A stretch of 64,000 nt of DNA from Parcubacteria bacterium C7867-008 (GTDB lineage Bacteria > Patescibacteriota > Minisyncoccia > Phycocordibacterales > Phycocordibacteraceae), in assembly GCA_001189215.1 (NCBI GenBank), contig LFCR01000004.1:162244-226243 (forward strand), in the 5' to 3' direction. Positions 1 to 8,750 of this stretch are shown one piece after another. The stretch's first letter is position 1, and every line of letters starts with the position of its first letter. Position numbers and translations under genes: made by a program. The notes under the pieces are model-generated. The model saw only the letters and a program-made list of their open reading frames with translations, had not been told where the DNA came from and searched no databases.

Positions 1-288
1 CCCATTCGAGTTCTCTATGATTTGGTCTGTGATCAAAACCAGAAAAGGCTCTCTTGTCATCAAGCGCATCTCGCTTGTCAGACGGCGTGTTAGCTCAGGC
101 GCTAATTCTGGTCTGGTTGTGCAATCGAGAATGATTACACGATAATCGTCGTGAGGAAGCATGCACAAAGCATGCGGTACCCCATCTACCACATCGTGTG
201 TGTAGCCTCCTTGAATAATCGCGCTACGAACGGTCCCCAGGTGCACCGCCTTATGGATCGGTCCCTGGTGAATTAGAAGAACTTTCAT
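1..288 (-). CDS. hypothetical protein, 5' portion only (runs off window start). Begins MKVLLIHQGPIHKAV
   Basis: Reverse-complement of 1-288 reads an uninterrupted frame. ATG at 286-288. Not in the ORF track because there is no stop in the window. Backbone-type GC. Confidence 0.4.
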   Translation of the reverse strand, partial: MKVLLIHQGPIHKAVHLGTVRSAIIQGGYTHDVVDGVPHALCMLPHDDYRVIILDCTTRPELAPELTRRLTSEMRLMTREPFLVLITDQIIENSNG

Positions 289-320
289 GTGCTTCCCCAA
301 AATCTGTTTCTAGGATCTGA

Positions 321-908
321 ATGCAGATAATCACAGAACCCAATTTGGGTCAAAAGGGGTATGGCATACTTAGAGAAATGGATGCCGTAAACAACATTGG
401 ACTGCAGGTAACAAACTTTGCTTCAAGCGGCGCAGCAAGCGCTCAGGTATGGGCAGGTAACTTCTTGGCGCTCCTCATCTTGTTCGGGATTATGATTGGG
501 TTTTCCTATAAAGCTGGGCGAGGCGGTATTATCTCGCTTCTTGTAGCGTTTTATGCTGGCTATGCGATTTACTCGCTCTTTCCCTTCACCTCAGCAATCG
601 TGAATGCTGGAGGCACTCCTATCATGAAAGCGATAATCAGTATCGTGATCTATAGCATCTGCACCTATATTCCATTCCATTTCATTCAGCGCCTTACGAC
701 CGGTGGCTTCGGGGTCCTCTCATTTGTCCCACGCTTCGTACTCTCATTCCTTGGCGCAGCATTTCTGCTCGCACTCGGCTATCACGTATTCCACGTGAGT
801 AACATCTATAGTTTCCCAGAACCACTTAATACCGTGTTTGGTCCTGACCAGTATTTCTTCTGGTGGTTCATTGCACCACTCATAGGACTTATATTCCTCG
901 TTCATTAA
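321..908 (+). CDS. polytopic membrane protein, function unknown
   Basis: 195-aa ORF with several hydrophobic helices. Backbone GC. Confidence 0.55.
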   Translation: MQIITEPNLGQKGYGILREMDAVNNIGLQVTNFASSGAASAQVWAGNFLALLILFGIMIGFSYKAGRGGIISLLVAFYAGYAIYSLFPFTSAIVNAGGTPIMKAIISIVIYSICTYIPFHFIQRLTTGGFGVLSFVPRFVLSFLGAAFLLALGYHVFHVSNIYSFPEPLNTVFGPDQYFFWWFIAPLIGLIFLVH

Positions 909-939
909 GACAGGTCTACTGTGGTATAGTCGTCCGTAT

Positions 940-2190
940 ATGGACCTTGCTCAGGAACTCACCGCACGAGGACTCGTTGAACATACTTCAGCGGATCTAA
1001 AGGAAATTCTTGGTACAAAACGTACGGTGTACTTTGGTGTAGATCCAAGCGCTGATTCGATGCAAGCCGGAAATCTTGTGGGCGTATTACTTATGAAGAG
1101 ACTTGCTGACGCAGGACACAAGATTATCTTGCTGGTTGGTGGTGGTACAGGCATGATTGGTGACCCACGAGAAAAGGGTGAACGTCATCTATTAGACCTA
1201 AAGGTTATAGACAAAAACAAAAAAGCAATTAAGGCCCAGATGCAGCAAATCATTGGAAAGAAAGTTTTGCTTGTCGATAATGCTGATTGGTTGTTAAAGG
1301 TAAAGTTGTTTGAATTCCTTCGTGACATAGGTAAGCACTTTACTGTAAACGATCTTATAAAACGAGACATCATAAAACGTCGTCTTGATACGCCAGACGA
1401 AAGTATATCTTTTACTGAATTTACATATGCATTGCTCCAAGGATATGACTACCTCATCTTGAATCAGAAATATAAGTGCGACCTGCAGATTGGTGGCACG
1501 GATCAATGGACGAATATCCTATCGGGAGTAGACCTTATTCGAAAGAAAACTGGTACACAAGCATTTGCATTCTCTACGCCACTAGTAACAGACGCAAATG
1601 GAAAAAAGTTTGGTAAGTCCGAGGGTAATGCGGTATGGCTGGATGCACGAAAAACAGCTCCGTATGCTTTCTATCAGTTCTGGCTCAATCAACCAGATGA
1701 AGTTGTCGAGCGATACTTAAAATCGTACACATTCATGCAAGTGTTAGAGATTGATGCGCTATGTGAGCTACATCGCCGCAACCCAGGACGTCGAGAAGCA
1801 CAGAAGATGCTTGCCCATCAGGTTACTGAAATCGTACATGGTAAAGATGCAGCACTTCGTTGTATTGCGGTATCTGAAGCACTATATGGAGAACGGGAAC
1901 TAAAAACTCTTTCTAAAGAAGAGCAGGCAATGGTACTTGAAGAAGCTCCGAGCCTTTCCATTTCATCTGCAGATCTTTCTTACGGATACACAGTCATTGA
2001 TGCTTTGGTAAATAGCACACTGGCAACTTCTAAATCAGAAGCACGACGTCTCATCGAGGCAAAGGGAGTGACCTTAAACGATGAAAAGATTGATTCAGTT
2101 GAGGCAAAGCTATCCGCAAGCAGCTTCCAGAATGGGTTGGCAATGCTTAAGCGCGGGAAGCAGATCTGCATCCTCACAATTGATAAATAG
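940..2190 (+). CDS. tyrS: tyrosyl-tRNA synthetase (class I). KFGKS motif and C-terminal S4-like domain. HIGH motif degenerate (QAGN)
   Basis: Colinear with bacterial TyrRS over its length (FGVDPSADS..GDP..FLRDIGKHF..LQIGG[TS]DQW..KFGKS..WLD). Confidence 0.9.
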   Translation: MDLAQELTARGLVEHTSADLKEILGTKRTVYFGVDPSADSMQAGNLVGVLLMKRLADAGHKIILLVGGGTGMIGDPREKGERHLLDLKVIDKNKKAIKAQMQQIIGKKVLLVDNADWLLKVKLFEFLRDIGKHFTVNDLIKRDIIKRRLDTPDESISFTEFTYALLQGYDYLILNQKYKCDLQIGGTDQWTNILSGVDLIRKKTGTQAFAFSTPLVTDANGKKFGKSEGNAVWLDARKTAPYAFYQFWLNQPDEVVERYLKSYTFMQVLEIDALCELHRRNPGRREAQKMLAHQVTEIVHGKDAALRCIAVSEALYGERELKTLSKEEQAMVLEEAPSLSISSADLSYGYTVIDALVNSTLATSKSEARRLIEAKGVTLNDEKIDSVEAKLSASSFQNGLAMLKRGKQICILTIDK

Positions 2191-2216
2191 AAGCCTTCCC
2201 GCTATAGTAGGGGAAT

Positions 2217-2303
2217 TGCGTCGGTGGTAGAGTGGTCAATTACAACAGGCTGTAAACCTGTCGGCTTCGGCCTACGAAGGTTCGAATCCTTCCCGGCGCA
2301 CCA
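2217..2303 (+). tRNA. tRNA-Tyr (anticodon GTA), type II with long variable arm, CCA encoded
   Basis: Acceptor gcgtcgg/ccggcgc. Anticodon loop ctGTAaa. T-arm gaagg-ttcgaat-ccttc. Long variable arm. Discriminator A then CCA. Confidence 0.85.
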
Positions 2304-2419
2304 AAAATTAATGAAGAGTGGTAAGCCAAAAGCTTGCCATTTTTCAGTTATATCCTATTATGAATAAGCGACCAGAGGGGTCGTTTTTAGTTGTTTATTT
2401 TGTTCTGGGGAGAACAGCT

Positions 2420-2962
2420 GTGAAGGATGCGTTGTATAACACCAAAGAAGGCCGGACCCGTCTGCTCGATGAACTGACGGCCATCGGCGCCAAACGTGTC
2501 GAACTCGAACGCAAGCGGGGTGAAAATCGTCAGCATACCGGAAGAGGCCATGCTGATGATGATGAGTGTGGTGACCTCGATAACCTGCTCATCTCCTGTA
2601 TCGCCAGACAGGGTGAGATCCAGGACATCTTCAGTGTGACCGGCGGCAATGTTGCTCCGCCGCCGACCAACACCCTGAGCGTCCAGCTCGGCAGTGTCGT
2701 CACGGTGAGGAGGTTTGCCAACGACAGCGACAACAAAGGGGAACTGTACACGTTCCAACTCGTTGGACACGGCGAGGGCATGGCGACCGGTAACGGAGCC
2801 GGCCTGTCTCCGAAGCTTCCGCTGATCAGCTACACTTGTCCGCAAGGTGAAGCGGTCCTGCGGAAAGAAGTTGGGGACGAAGTCGTCGTCAACGGAAAAG
2901 ATCAGGAGATTGTGGCCATACAGCTCCTGAACACCTATCAGGAGCTGCCAATGGCAGCCTGA
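2420..2962 (+). CDS. GreA/GreB-family (Rnk-like) transcription factor paralog, GC-rich foreign-looking cassette
   Basis: C-terminal pattern G..VTV...D....LVG..E....LSP...LISYTCPQGEAVLRKEVGDEVVV matches the GreA C-terminal FKBP-like domain. GTG start 7 nt after GGGGAG. GC visibly higher than neighbours. The in-frame ORF could start as early as 2318. Confidence 0.55.
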   Translation: MKDALYNTKEGRTRLLDELTAIGAKRVELERKRGENRQHTGRGHADDDECGDLDNLLISCIARQGEIQDIFSVTGGNVAPPPTNTLSVQLGSVVTVRRFANDSDNKGELYTFQLVGHGEGMATGNGAGLSPKLPLISYTCPQGEAVLRKEVGDEVVVNGKDQEIVAIQLLNTYQELPMAA

Positions 2963-2984
2963 ACCGCCCAGAAGGGCACTATGT

Positions 2985-3027
2985 GCGCCGCAGATTCGTT
3001 GGGGATCTGCGGCGTTCACTTTTTACT
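2985..3027 (+). terminator. intrinsic terminator after the GreA-like cassette
   Basis: Stem cgccgcagat/atctgcggcg followed by ttcacttttta. Confidence 0.65.
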
Positions 3028-3061
3028 CCATTCTTTATATAGCCTGTGCTATCGTAGATTC

Positions 3062-4015
3062 ATGAACGAAGACAAGCCCGTCCTCCTCTCAGGCATAAAG
3101 CCCACGGGAGAGATCCATATTGGTAACTATTTTGGTGCAATTAAACAGTTCGTTGAACTCTTGAATGATGATTCTCGTCAGGGCTTCGTCTTTATCGCGG
3201 ATTATCACGCACTTAACTTCATACAGGATGCTTCTGAAATGAAGCGTCTCACACGAGATCTTGCACGTGCATACATTGCGTGTGGTCTAGACCCTGAGAA
3301 GGTAGTGTTGTTTAAACAATCTGATGTATCTGCGCACACAGAACTTGCATGGATCTTCGATACCATCACTACCATGCCGTATCTCATGCGTGCACATGCA
3401 TTTAAAGACGCTGAAGCAAAGAATAAAGAAATCGTTGTTGGCACCTTCAACTACCCAATGCTTATGGCAGCAGACATTCTTCTATACGATGCATCGGTGG
3501 TACCGGTAGGGCAGGATCAGAAGCAGCATATTGAGTACGCACGTGATACTGCAGAGAAGTTCAATCGTATCTTTGGTGAGACATTTAGACTCCCTGAACC
3601 GCATATTCTTTCCGACGTTGCGGTAGTACCTGGTACTGATGGTCGCAAGATGAGTAAGAGTTATGGGAACACCATTCCGCTCTTTGCTTCTCGTGAACAA
3701 CTTGCCGACTGCGTCATGGGTATTGTTACAGACTCCGGCAATGATCGCCCTGAGAACGTATATGCCATTCATCGCCTCATTAAGACCGAGGAGGAACTCG
3801 CTCCTGTATACGAAGAACACAAAGGGAAGTACAAGGCATTGAAGGAAGCACTTATCGATGATCTTGATGCGTTCATTGCGCCTATGCGTGACCGTTTTGA
3901 ATCTCTAACAAACGATACAGAGATAGACGAGATCCTTGAAAAGGGTGCTCAGGTTGCGCGCAGCCACAGTGAGCATAAGATGGACACAGTCCGTCGAGCA
4001 ATCGGCGTCCGTTAG
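3062..4015 (+). CDS. trpS: tryptophanyl-tRNA synthetase
   Basis: PTGEIHIGNY and KMSKSYGN motifs. Start set at ATG 3062 (MNEDKPVLL) because the ORF-track start at 2981 lies inside the upstream terminator. Confidence 0.85.
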   Translation: MNEDKPVLLSGIKPTGEIHIGNYFGAIKQFVELLNDDSRQGFVFIADYHALNFIQDASEMKRLTRDLARAYIACGLDPEKVVLFKQSDVSAHTELAWIFDTITTMPYLMRAHAFKDAEAKNKEIVVGTFNYPMLMAADILLYDASVVPVGQDQKQHIEYARDTAEKFNRIFGETFRLPEPHILSDVAVVPGTDGRKMSKSYGNTIPLFASREQLADCVMGIVTDSGNDRPENVYAIHRLIKTEEELAPVYEEHKGKYKALKEALIDDLDAFIAPMRDRFESLTNDTEIDEILEKGAQVARSHSEHKMDTVRRAIGVR

Positions 4016-4028
4016 AAGGAGGTCTTTC

Positions 4029-4250
4029 GTGCCCCAAGAAACATTCACCGGTGAAGACCGGTACAAGCAGCTGGAGCGGTGGCGTGCCGTGATGGCAACG
4101 CGATCTGAAAAGTTCGCCATCCTCGAACACCGCAACAAAGCGGGGACAAGTGATGCTGAACCGACGGTAACCGTCGACTACTTCTTCCCTGAAGATGCCC
4201 CTGTCTCAGACATGCCCTGTCCCACGTGCGGTGGGAGACCCGAAGCCTAG
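4029..4250 (+). CDS. small GC-rich protein (74 aa) with a CPTCGG half zinc-ribbon, unknown function
   Basis: GTG start 7 nt after the strong SD AAGGAGG (4015-4021). GC-rich codons. Own terminator. Confidence 0.5.
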   Translation: MPQETFTGEDRYKQLERWRAVMATRSEKFAILEHRNKAGTSDAEPTVTVDYFFPEDAPVSDMPCPTCGGRPEA

Positions 4251-4272
4251 CGGTTTCGGGTCTTACTTTTAC
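4238..4272 (+). terminator. intrinsic terminator overlapping the stop codon of the small ORF
   Basis: Stem acccgaagcc/ggtttcgggt, loop tagc, then cttacttttac. Confidence 0.65.
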
Positions 4273-4290
4273 ATGCTATTTTAGGAATAT

Positions 4291-5622
4291 ATGGAACGAA
4301 CGCTCATAGGAGAGCTTAGTAGCTCGGCAGGAGAAACAGTCACTATCCAGGGATCGGTAGATGTGCGCCGCGATCAGGGTAAGCTCGTATTCTTTGATTT
4401 CAGAGATCGCACTGGTTCAGTACAGGGAGTGGTCCTTCCTGGGGATGAGGCACTCATGGAGATCGCTAAGTCGGTACGTAACGAGTTCATCGTTAGTGTT
4501 GATGGAATTGTTAACAAGCGTCCAGAAAAGAATATTCAAACAGACAAGCAAAATGGAGACATCGAGCTTGAAATCAAAGGCATCACGGTACTTGCTGCTG
4601 CAGAAGTACTTCCGTTTGAGCTAGACACGGAACTTAATCTCGATACCTATCTCGACTATCTCCCTCTTACTCTTCGCACCAAGCGCGCTCGCGCTATCTT
4701 CAAAGTGCAGTCTGAGATTGCCCGTGCATACCGTGCATTCCTCAATAGCGAAGGATTCACAGAATTCCAGGCACCAAAACTTATTGGTGATGATGCAGAG
4801 GGAAGCGGTGAAGTATTTGAAGTTCCATACTTCTATGGAAAGACAGCACACCTCGCAACAAGTCCCCAGCTCTATAAGCAGATTATGGTGGGTGCCCTTG
4901 AACGAGTATTTAGCATCGGTATTGTATTTCGTGCAGAGAAGCACAGCACCGCTCGCCACCTAAACGAATACACGTCGATGGATGTGGAGATGGGATACAT
5001 CACTGATCATCGAGATGTGATGAAGATGGAGAATCGTCTCATGCAGTTTATCGCTGCTGAACTTACGAAGACCTGTGCAGCAGAGTTCGCTCTTCTTGAA
5101 GCAGAAGTGCCTGTGGTTCCAGATGAAATTCCTTCTATGAAACTCCGTGCAGCACAGGAGCTTATCTTCAAAGAAACTGGGAAGGATAATCGCAATGAAC
5201 CTGATTTAGAGCCTGAAGATGAACGTTGGCTCTGCGAATGGTCTAAGAAGGAGCATGATTCTGATTTCGTGTTTGTTACGCACTACCCAGTATCCAAGCG
5301 CCCAATGTATACGATGGAAGACGAGGCGGATCCTGGCTTCACTAATGGCTTCGACCTACTCTTCCGTGGTGTTGAAATCACCACCGGTGGTCAACGTCGC
5401 CATGAGTACCAGAACCTCGTAGACGGTATCAAGATGAAGGGTCTTGATCCTGAAAAATTCTCGTACTATCTCCAAGCTTTCAAGTACGGCATTCCTCCGC
5501 ACGGCGGATGGGGTATGGGTCTTGAACGTCTTACCGCTAAATTCCTTGGTCTTGCTAACGTAAAGGAAGCAACACTCTTCCCTCGTGACATTAACCGCAT
5601 CGACACTCTACTTTCCGAATAA
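4291..5622 (+). CDS. class IIb aspartyl/asparaginyl-tRNA synthetase (AsnS / archaeal-type AspS-like)
   Basis: N-terminal OB fold. Motifs FRAEKHSTARHLNEYTSMD and GIPPHGGWGMGLERL. Confidence 0.8.
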   Translation: MERTLIGELSSSAGETVTIQGSVDVRRDQGKLVFFDFRDRTGSVQGVVLPGDEALMEIAKSVRNEFIVSVDGIVNKRPEKNIQTDKQNGDIELEIKGITVLAAAEVLPFELDTELNLDTYLDYLPLTLRTKRARAIFKVQSEIARAYRAFLNSEGFTEFQAPKLIGDDAEGSGEVFEVPYFYGKTAHLATSPQLYKQIMVGALERVFSIGIVFRAEKHSTARHLNEYTSMDVEMGYITDHRDVMKMENRLMQFIAAELTKTCAAEFALLEAEVPVVPDEIPSMKLRAAQELIFKETGKDNRNEPDLEPEDERWLCEWSKKEHDSDFVFVTHYPVSKRPMYTMEDEADPGFTNGFDLLFRGVEITTGGQRRHEYQNLVDGIKMKGLDPEKFSYYLQAFKYGIPPHGGWGMGLERLTAKFLGLANVKEATLFPRDINRIDTLLSE

Positions 5623-5625
5623 CAT

Positions 5626-7047
5626 ATGAAACTCGTCTTCTCAAAGAAATCAATAGACGGAGCTCCTAAAACACATATTCGCATTCGTCTTACAGAAGAA
5701 GCACGTGGCACTAAATGTCTCGTGCGCGAAGGAGACCTAACTATTCTTGAGATTGGTGCAGGTAAGGGAAGTGAGATGGATCTGCACAAGTTTGTGACAC
5801 TGTGTCGTGCGATTGTGAACGGAGCAAAACAGCAGAAAGCAAAGAAGATTGTTCTTCAGTTCGATCGAACGCCAGAACTATTTAAGAATCTTCACCACCT
5901 CACACCAGAACAGATCTCGCAGATCGCTGCAGAGAACTTTGAGATGGCTAACTTTGAGTTCCGTACTTTCAAAACAAAACCAAAAGAAGGATGGAGCGAT
6001 ATTGAAGAGATTCTGTTGTGTGGAAAGTCTTCACCTTCGATCGAAGCTGCTGCAAAGCGTGGTCAGGTAATAGGCCAGGAAGTAAATGGATGTCGTGCAC
6101 TCTCAAACACACCCGGAGGTAGCATGACTCCTCGTGGACTCGCTAAGGCAGCGAAACAAGCCGTAACGGATCTTCCGGTAACCGTTCAGACCATGGGACG
6201 CGCTGAAATTGAAAAGTTGGGTATGGGACTACTTGCAGGAGTGGGTGCGGGTTCAAACAATGAGCCAACCTTTACTGTCATGACATACAAGGGAGGTGCT
6301 GCATCTGCTAAGCCAATAGTTCTTGCAGGTAAGGGTATTACGTTTGATTCAGGAGGTCTCAATCTCAAATCTTCAGGAGGTATATATGAAATGCACATGG
6401 ATATGTCTGGTGCTGCATCAGTTATCCATACCGTTGCACTCGCAGCAAAACTTAAGCTGAAGAAGAACGTCATTGGTCTTATTCCTGCCGCGGAGAATAT
6501 GCTTGGAGCGAATGCAACACGCCCAGGTGATATTCATACGTCACTCTCGGGAAAGACCGTGGAGGTTACCAACACTGATGCAGAAGGACGTCTGATACTG
6601 GCTGATGCGATCACGTATGCAAAGAGACTTAAGCCAGCAATTGTAATTGACGTTGCAACCCTTACGGGTGCCGTGATGGGAGCTCTTGGGCTTTATGCCA
6701 GTGGTGTTATGACACGGGATGACAAATTGAGTGATCAATTTAGAAAGCTTGGGGAAGTAAGTGGAGACTACGTGTGGCCACTACCACTGTGGGATGAATA
6801 CGAGGCATGCGTTAAAGGGACGTTTGGTGACCTGCAAAATGTTGAGCTGGGTGGAACTGGACGATACGGTGGTGCAACAACTGCAGGTATGTTTCTGTGG
6901 CAGTTTGCAAAAGAACTTGATTGTCCGTGGGTGCATCTCGACATTGCATCTCGCATGACGAGTGCTCCAGGAGATGAGTTAGCCAAGGGAGCTGCTGGTG
7001 CTCCGGTCCGTCTCCTCATATCATTTATTGATACATGGAACCCGTAA
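5626..7047 (+). CDS. pepA: leucyl aminopeptidase, M17 family
   Basis: NTDAEGRLILADA signature. 473 aa. Confidence 0.85.
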   Translation: MKLVFSKKSIDGAPKTHIRIRLTEEARGTKCLVREGDLTILEIGAGKGSEMDLHKFVTLCRAIVNGAKQQKAKKIVLQFDRTPELFKNLHHLTPEQISQIAAENFEMANFEFRTFKTKPKEGWSDIEEILLCGKSSPSIEAAAKRGQVIGQEVNGCRALSNTPGGSMTPRGLAKAAKQAVTDLPVTVQTMGRAEIEKLGMGLLAGVGAGSNNEPTFTVMTYKGGAASAKPIVLAGKGITFDSGGLNLKSSGGIYEMHMDMSGAASVIHTVALAAKLKLKKNVIGLIPAAENMLGANATRPGDIHTSLSGKTVEVTNTDAEGRLILADAITYAKRLKPAIVIDVATLTGAVMGALGLYASGVMTRDDKLSDQFRKLGEVSGDYVWPLPLWDEYEACVKGTFGDLQNVELGGTGRYGGATTAGMFLWQFAKELDCPWVHLDIASRMTSAPGDELAKGAAGAPVRLLISFIDTWNP

Positions 7048-7775
7048 CGGATGTTCGTGCACCGTTCACCATTCAAGCTAGTGGTCATGAAGGACCTCTG
7101 GAGTTGATCCTTGAACTTATTGAGAAGCGTAAGCTGCAGGTGAATGAACTCTCACTTTCACAAGTCACGGATGACTTCATTACGTATGTCCGCTCCCATG
7201 AAGCATTCCCCATGGAGGACGCTTCAAACTTCATTGGTGTTGCAGCAACCTTACTCCTGATAAAGTCTCGTTCACTCATTCCTGAACTCGAGCTTTCGAC
7301 TGACGAAGAACAAGATGTAGATGACCTTAAACGTCGTCTTGAGCAGTACGAAAAAGCCCGTGAGGCATCTCGTGTACTTGGCCAACTATTTGGTAGAAAC
7401 GTGATGGTCTCTGCAGGGGATCGTGTGCCTGAAGTTATGTTTGCTCCAAGCCGTGACCTCACCCTTGAGGCGCTGCAGGTGGCACTTGGCAACGCACTCA
7501 ATGCACTTGAGAAAGAAGAGAAGCTACCCGAAGTACGCGTAAAACCAACTATCTCACTTGAAGACATGATGGATAGTCTGAAGCGCCGTGTTGAACATGC
7601 GATGACCATGTCTTTCAAAGAGTTCACGGGAGACAAAGCAGAACGTGTAGAGATGATCGTTTCATTCCTTGCACTACTTGAACTCGTGAAGCAGGGTCAT
7701 GTTGAAACAGAACAGTTTGGCACCTTTGGGGACATTCGTATCACTAATACCAGTTCAAACGTACCGCGGTATTAA
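7035..7775 (+). CDS. scpA: segregation and condensation protein A
   Basis: N-terminus LELILELIEKRKL..LSLSQVTDDF is typical of ScpA. Sits upstream of scpB. Confidence 0.8.
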   Translation: MEPVTDVRAPFTIQASGHEGPLELILELIEKRKLQVNELSLSQVTDDFITYVRSHEAFPMEDASNFIGVAATLLLIKSRSLIPELELSTDEEQDVDDLKRRLEQYEKAREASRVLGQLFGRNVMVSAGDRVPEVMFAPSRDLTLEALQVALGNALNALEKEEKLPEVRVKPTISLEDMMDSLKRRVEHAMTMSFKEFTGDKAERVEMIVSFLALLELVKQGHVETEQFGTFGDIRITNTSSNVPRY

Positions 7776-7822
7776 ATGAAGGTCCCGGAACTCACCGAGT
7801 TCCGGGCCTACTCCTCACATTG

Positions 7823-8071
7823 TTAGTGAGGCTTCTTAGTGATATCGGATGAAGCGGTTACTCCAGACCCAAGTTCATACACTTTCCAGCACACCACTTC
7901 TGGTTTTTCCGGGACCAGGCGCTGTGTGGAACACACAATGCCTTTGGGTGGATTTGTGGCGTCGATGACCTCCGCGTGAGGATCATCGAGACGAATGGAC
8001 ACCACCCGCCCTAGGCTTGGTGGGGTCACCACCGTAGCAGCTAGTGCAGCGGCGAGAAGGAACTGATACAT
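7823..8071 (-). CDS. small secreted protein (82 aa, signal peptide), GC-rich cassette
   Basis: N-terminal MYQFLLAAALAATVVT. SD AAGAGG on the - strand. Hairpin 7784-7806 downstream. Confidence 0.45.
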   Translation of the reverse strand: MYQFLLAAALAATVVTPPSLGRVVSIRLDDPHAEVIDATNPPKGIVCSTQRLVPEKPEVVCWKVYELGSGVTASSDITKKPH

Positions 8072-8177
8072 GATTGAACCTCTTGGATGACTTGCTGCAC
8101 TATACGTGTATACCGTGATATTTCAATGAACACAGACTGGACATTCCCCCAAAATATAGCTTTCCAGTAGGTACCGA

Positions 8178-8750
8178 GTGCGGTATTCTAAGCTCTATAT
8201 GGCGCTTTCCCCTGCAGCCACTCTGGAGGCCGTACTATTTGCGTCCGGTGAGTCCATGAGTAAACAACGTCTAGCAGGCATGCTAGGTGTTTCTCACGAT
8301 CTCCTTGAGGCAGGTCTTGCCGAGCTCACCAAAAACCTCCACGGCAGGGGTCTTGCGCTGATTGATTCTGGAGACGAGGTGGAGCTACGCACCGCTCCTG
8401 AAGCAGCAGATATCATTCGCAAGCTTCGTGAGAGTGAACTATCCCGAGATCTTGGTAAGGCAGGGTTGGAGGCACTGGCACTTATTTTGTATAAAGGTGG
8501 AGCAACACGAAGTGAAGTGGATTGGGTACGTGGCGTAAATTCAACAGCTGCTATTCGATCACTTCTCATGCGTGGACTCATTGAACGCTGTGAAGATACG
8601 AGTGATCGTCGTCGTGCACGATACACTGCAACCGTTGATGCGCTCGCACATCTCGGTATTCGTACCAAGGAAGAGCTCCCTCAGTTTGAAGAGATGCAGG
8701 CTGCCTTTGCAACGCATGAAGCTGCTCACGTTACGGAAGAGAACTCATGA
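8178..8750 (+). CDS. scpB: segregation and condensation protein B
   Basis: LEAVLFASGESMS and winged-helix ScpB pattern. Follows scpA. Confidence 0.8.
   Translation: MRYSKLYMALSPAATLEAVLFASGESMSKQRLAGMLGVSHDLLEAGLAELTKNLHGRGLALIDSGDEVELRTAPEAADIIRKLRESELSRDLGKAGLEALALILYKGGATRSEVDWVRGVNSTAAIRSLLMRGLIERCEDTSDRRRARYTATVDALAHLGIRTKEELPQFEEMQAAFATHEAAHVTEENS

Noticed and set aside
2387-3019. 210-aa antisense ORF opposite the GreA-like cassette. Similar long antisense ORFs lie at 29818-31053, 30047-30310, 44630-45001, 45477-45821 and 54630-54953.
   Set aside because: These are shadow ORFs expected in GC-rich DNA. No SD or terminator sits in that orientation, whereas the sense strand has both. Their translations are low-complexity Arg/Ser/Pro-rich.
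2981-3061. Extended trpS start at 2981 from the ORF track.
   Set aside because: The extension runs through the intrinsic terminator 2985-3027. The TrpRS homology begins at MNEDKPVLL (3062).
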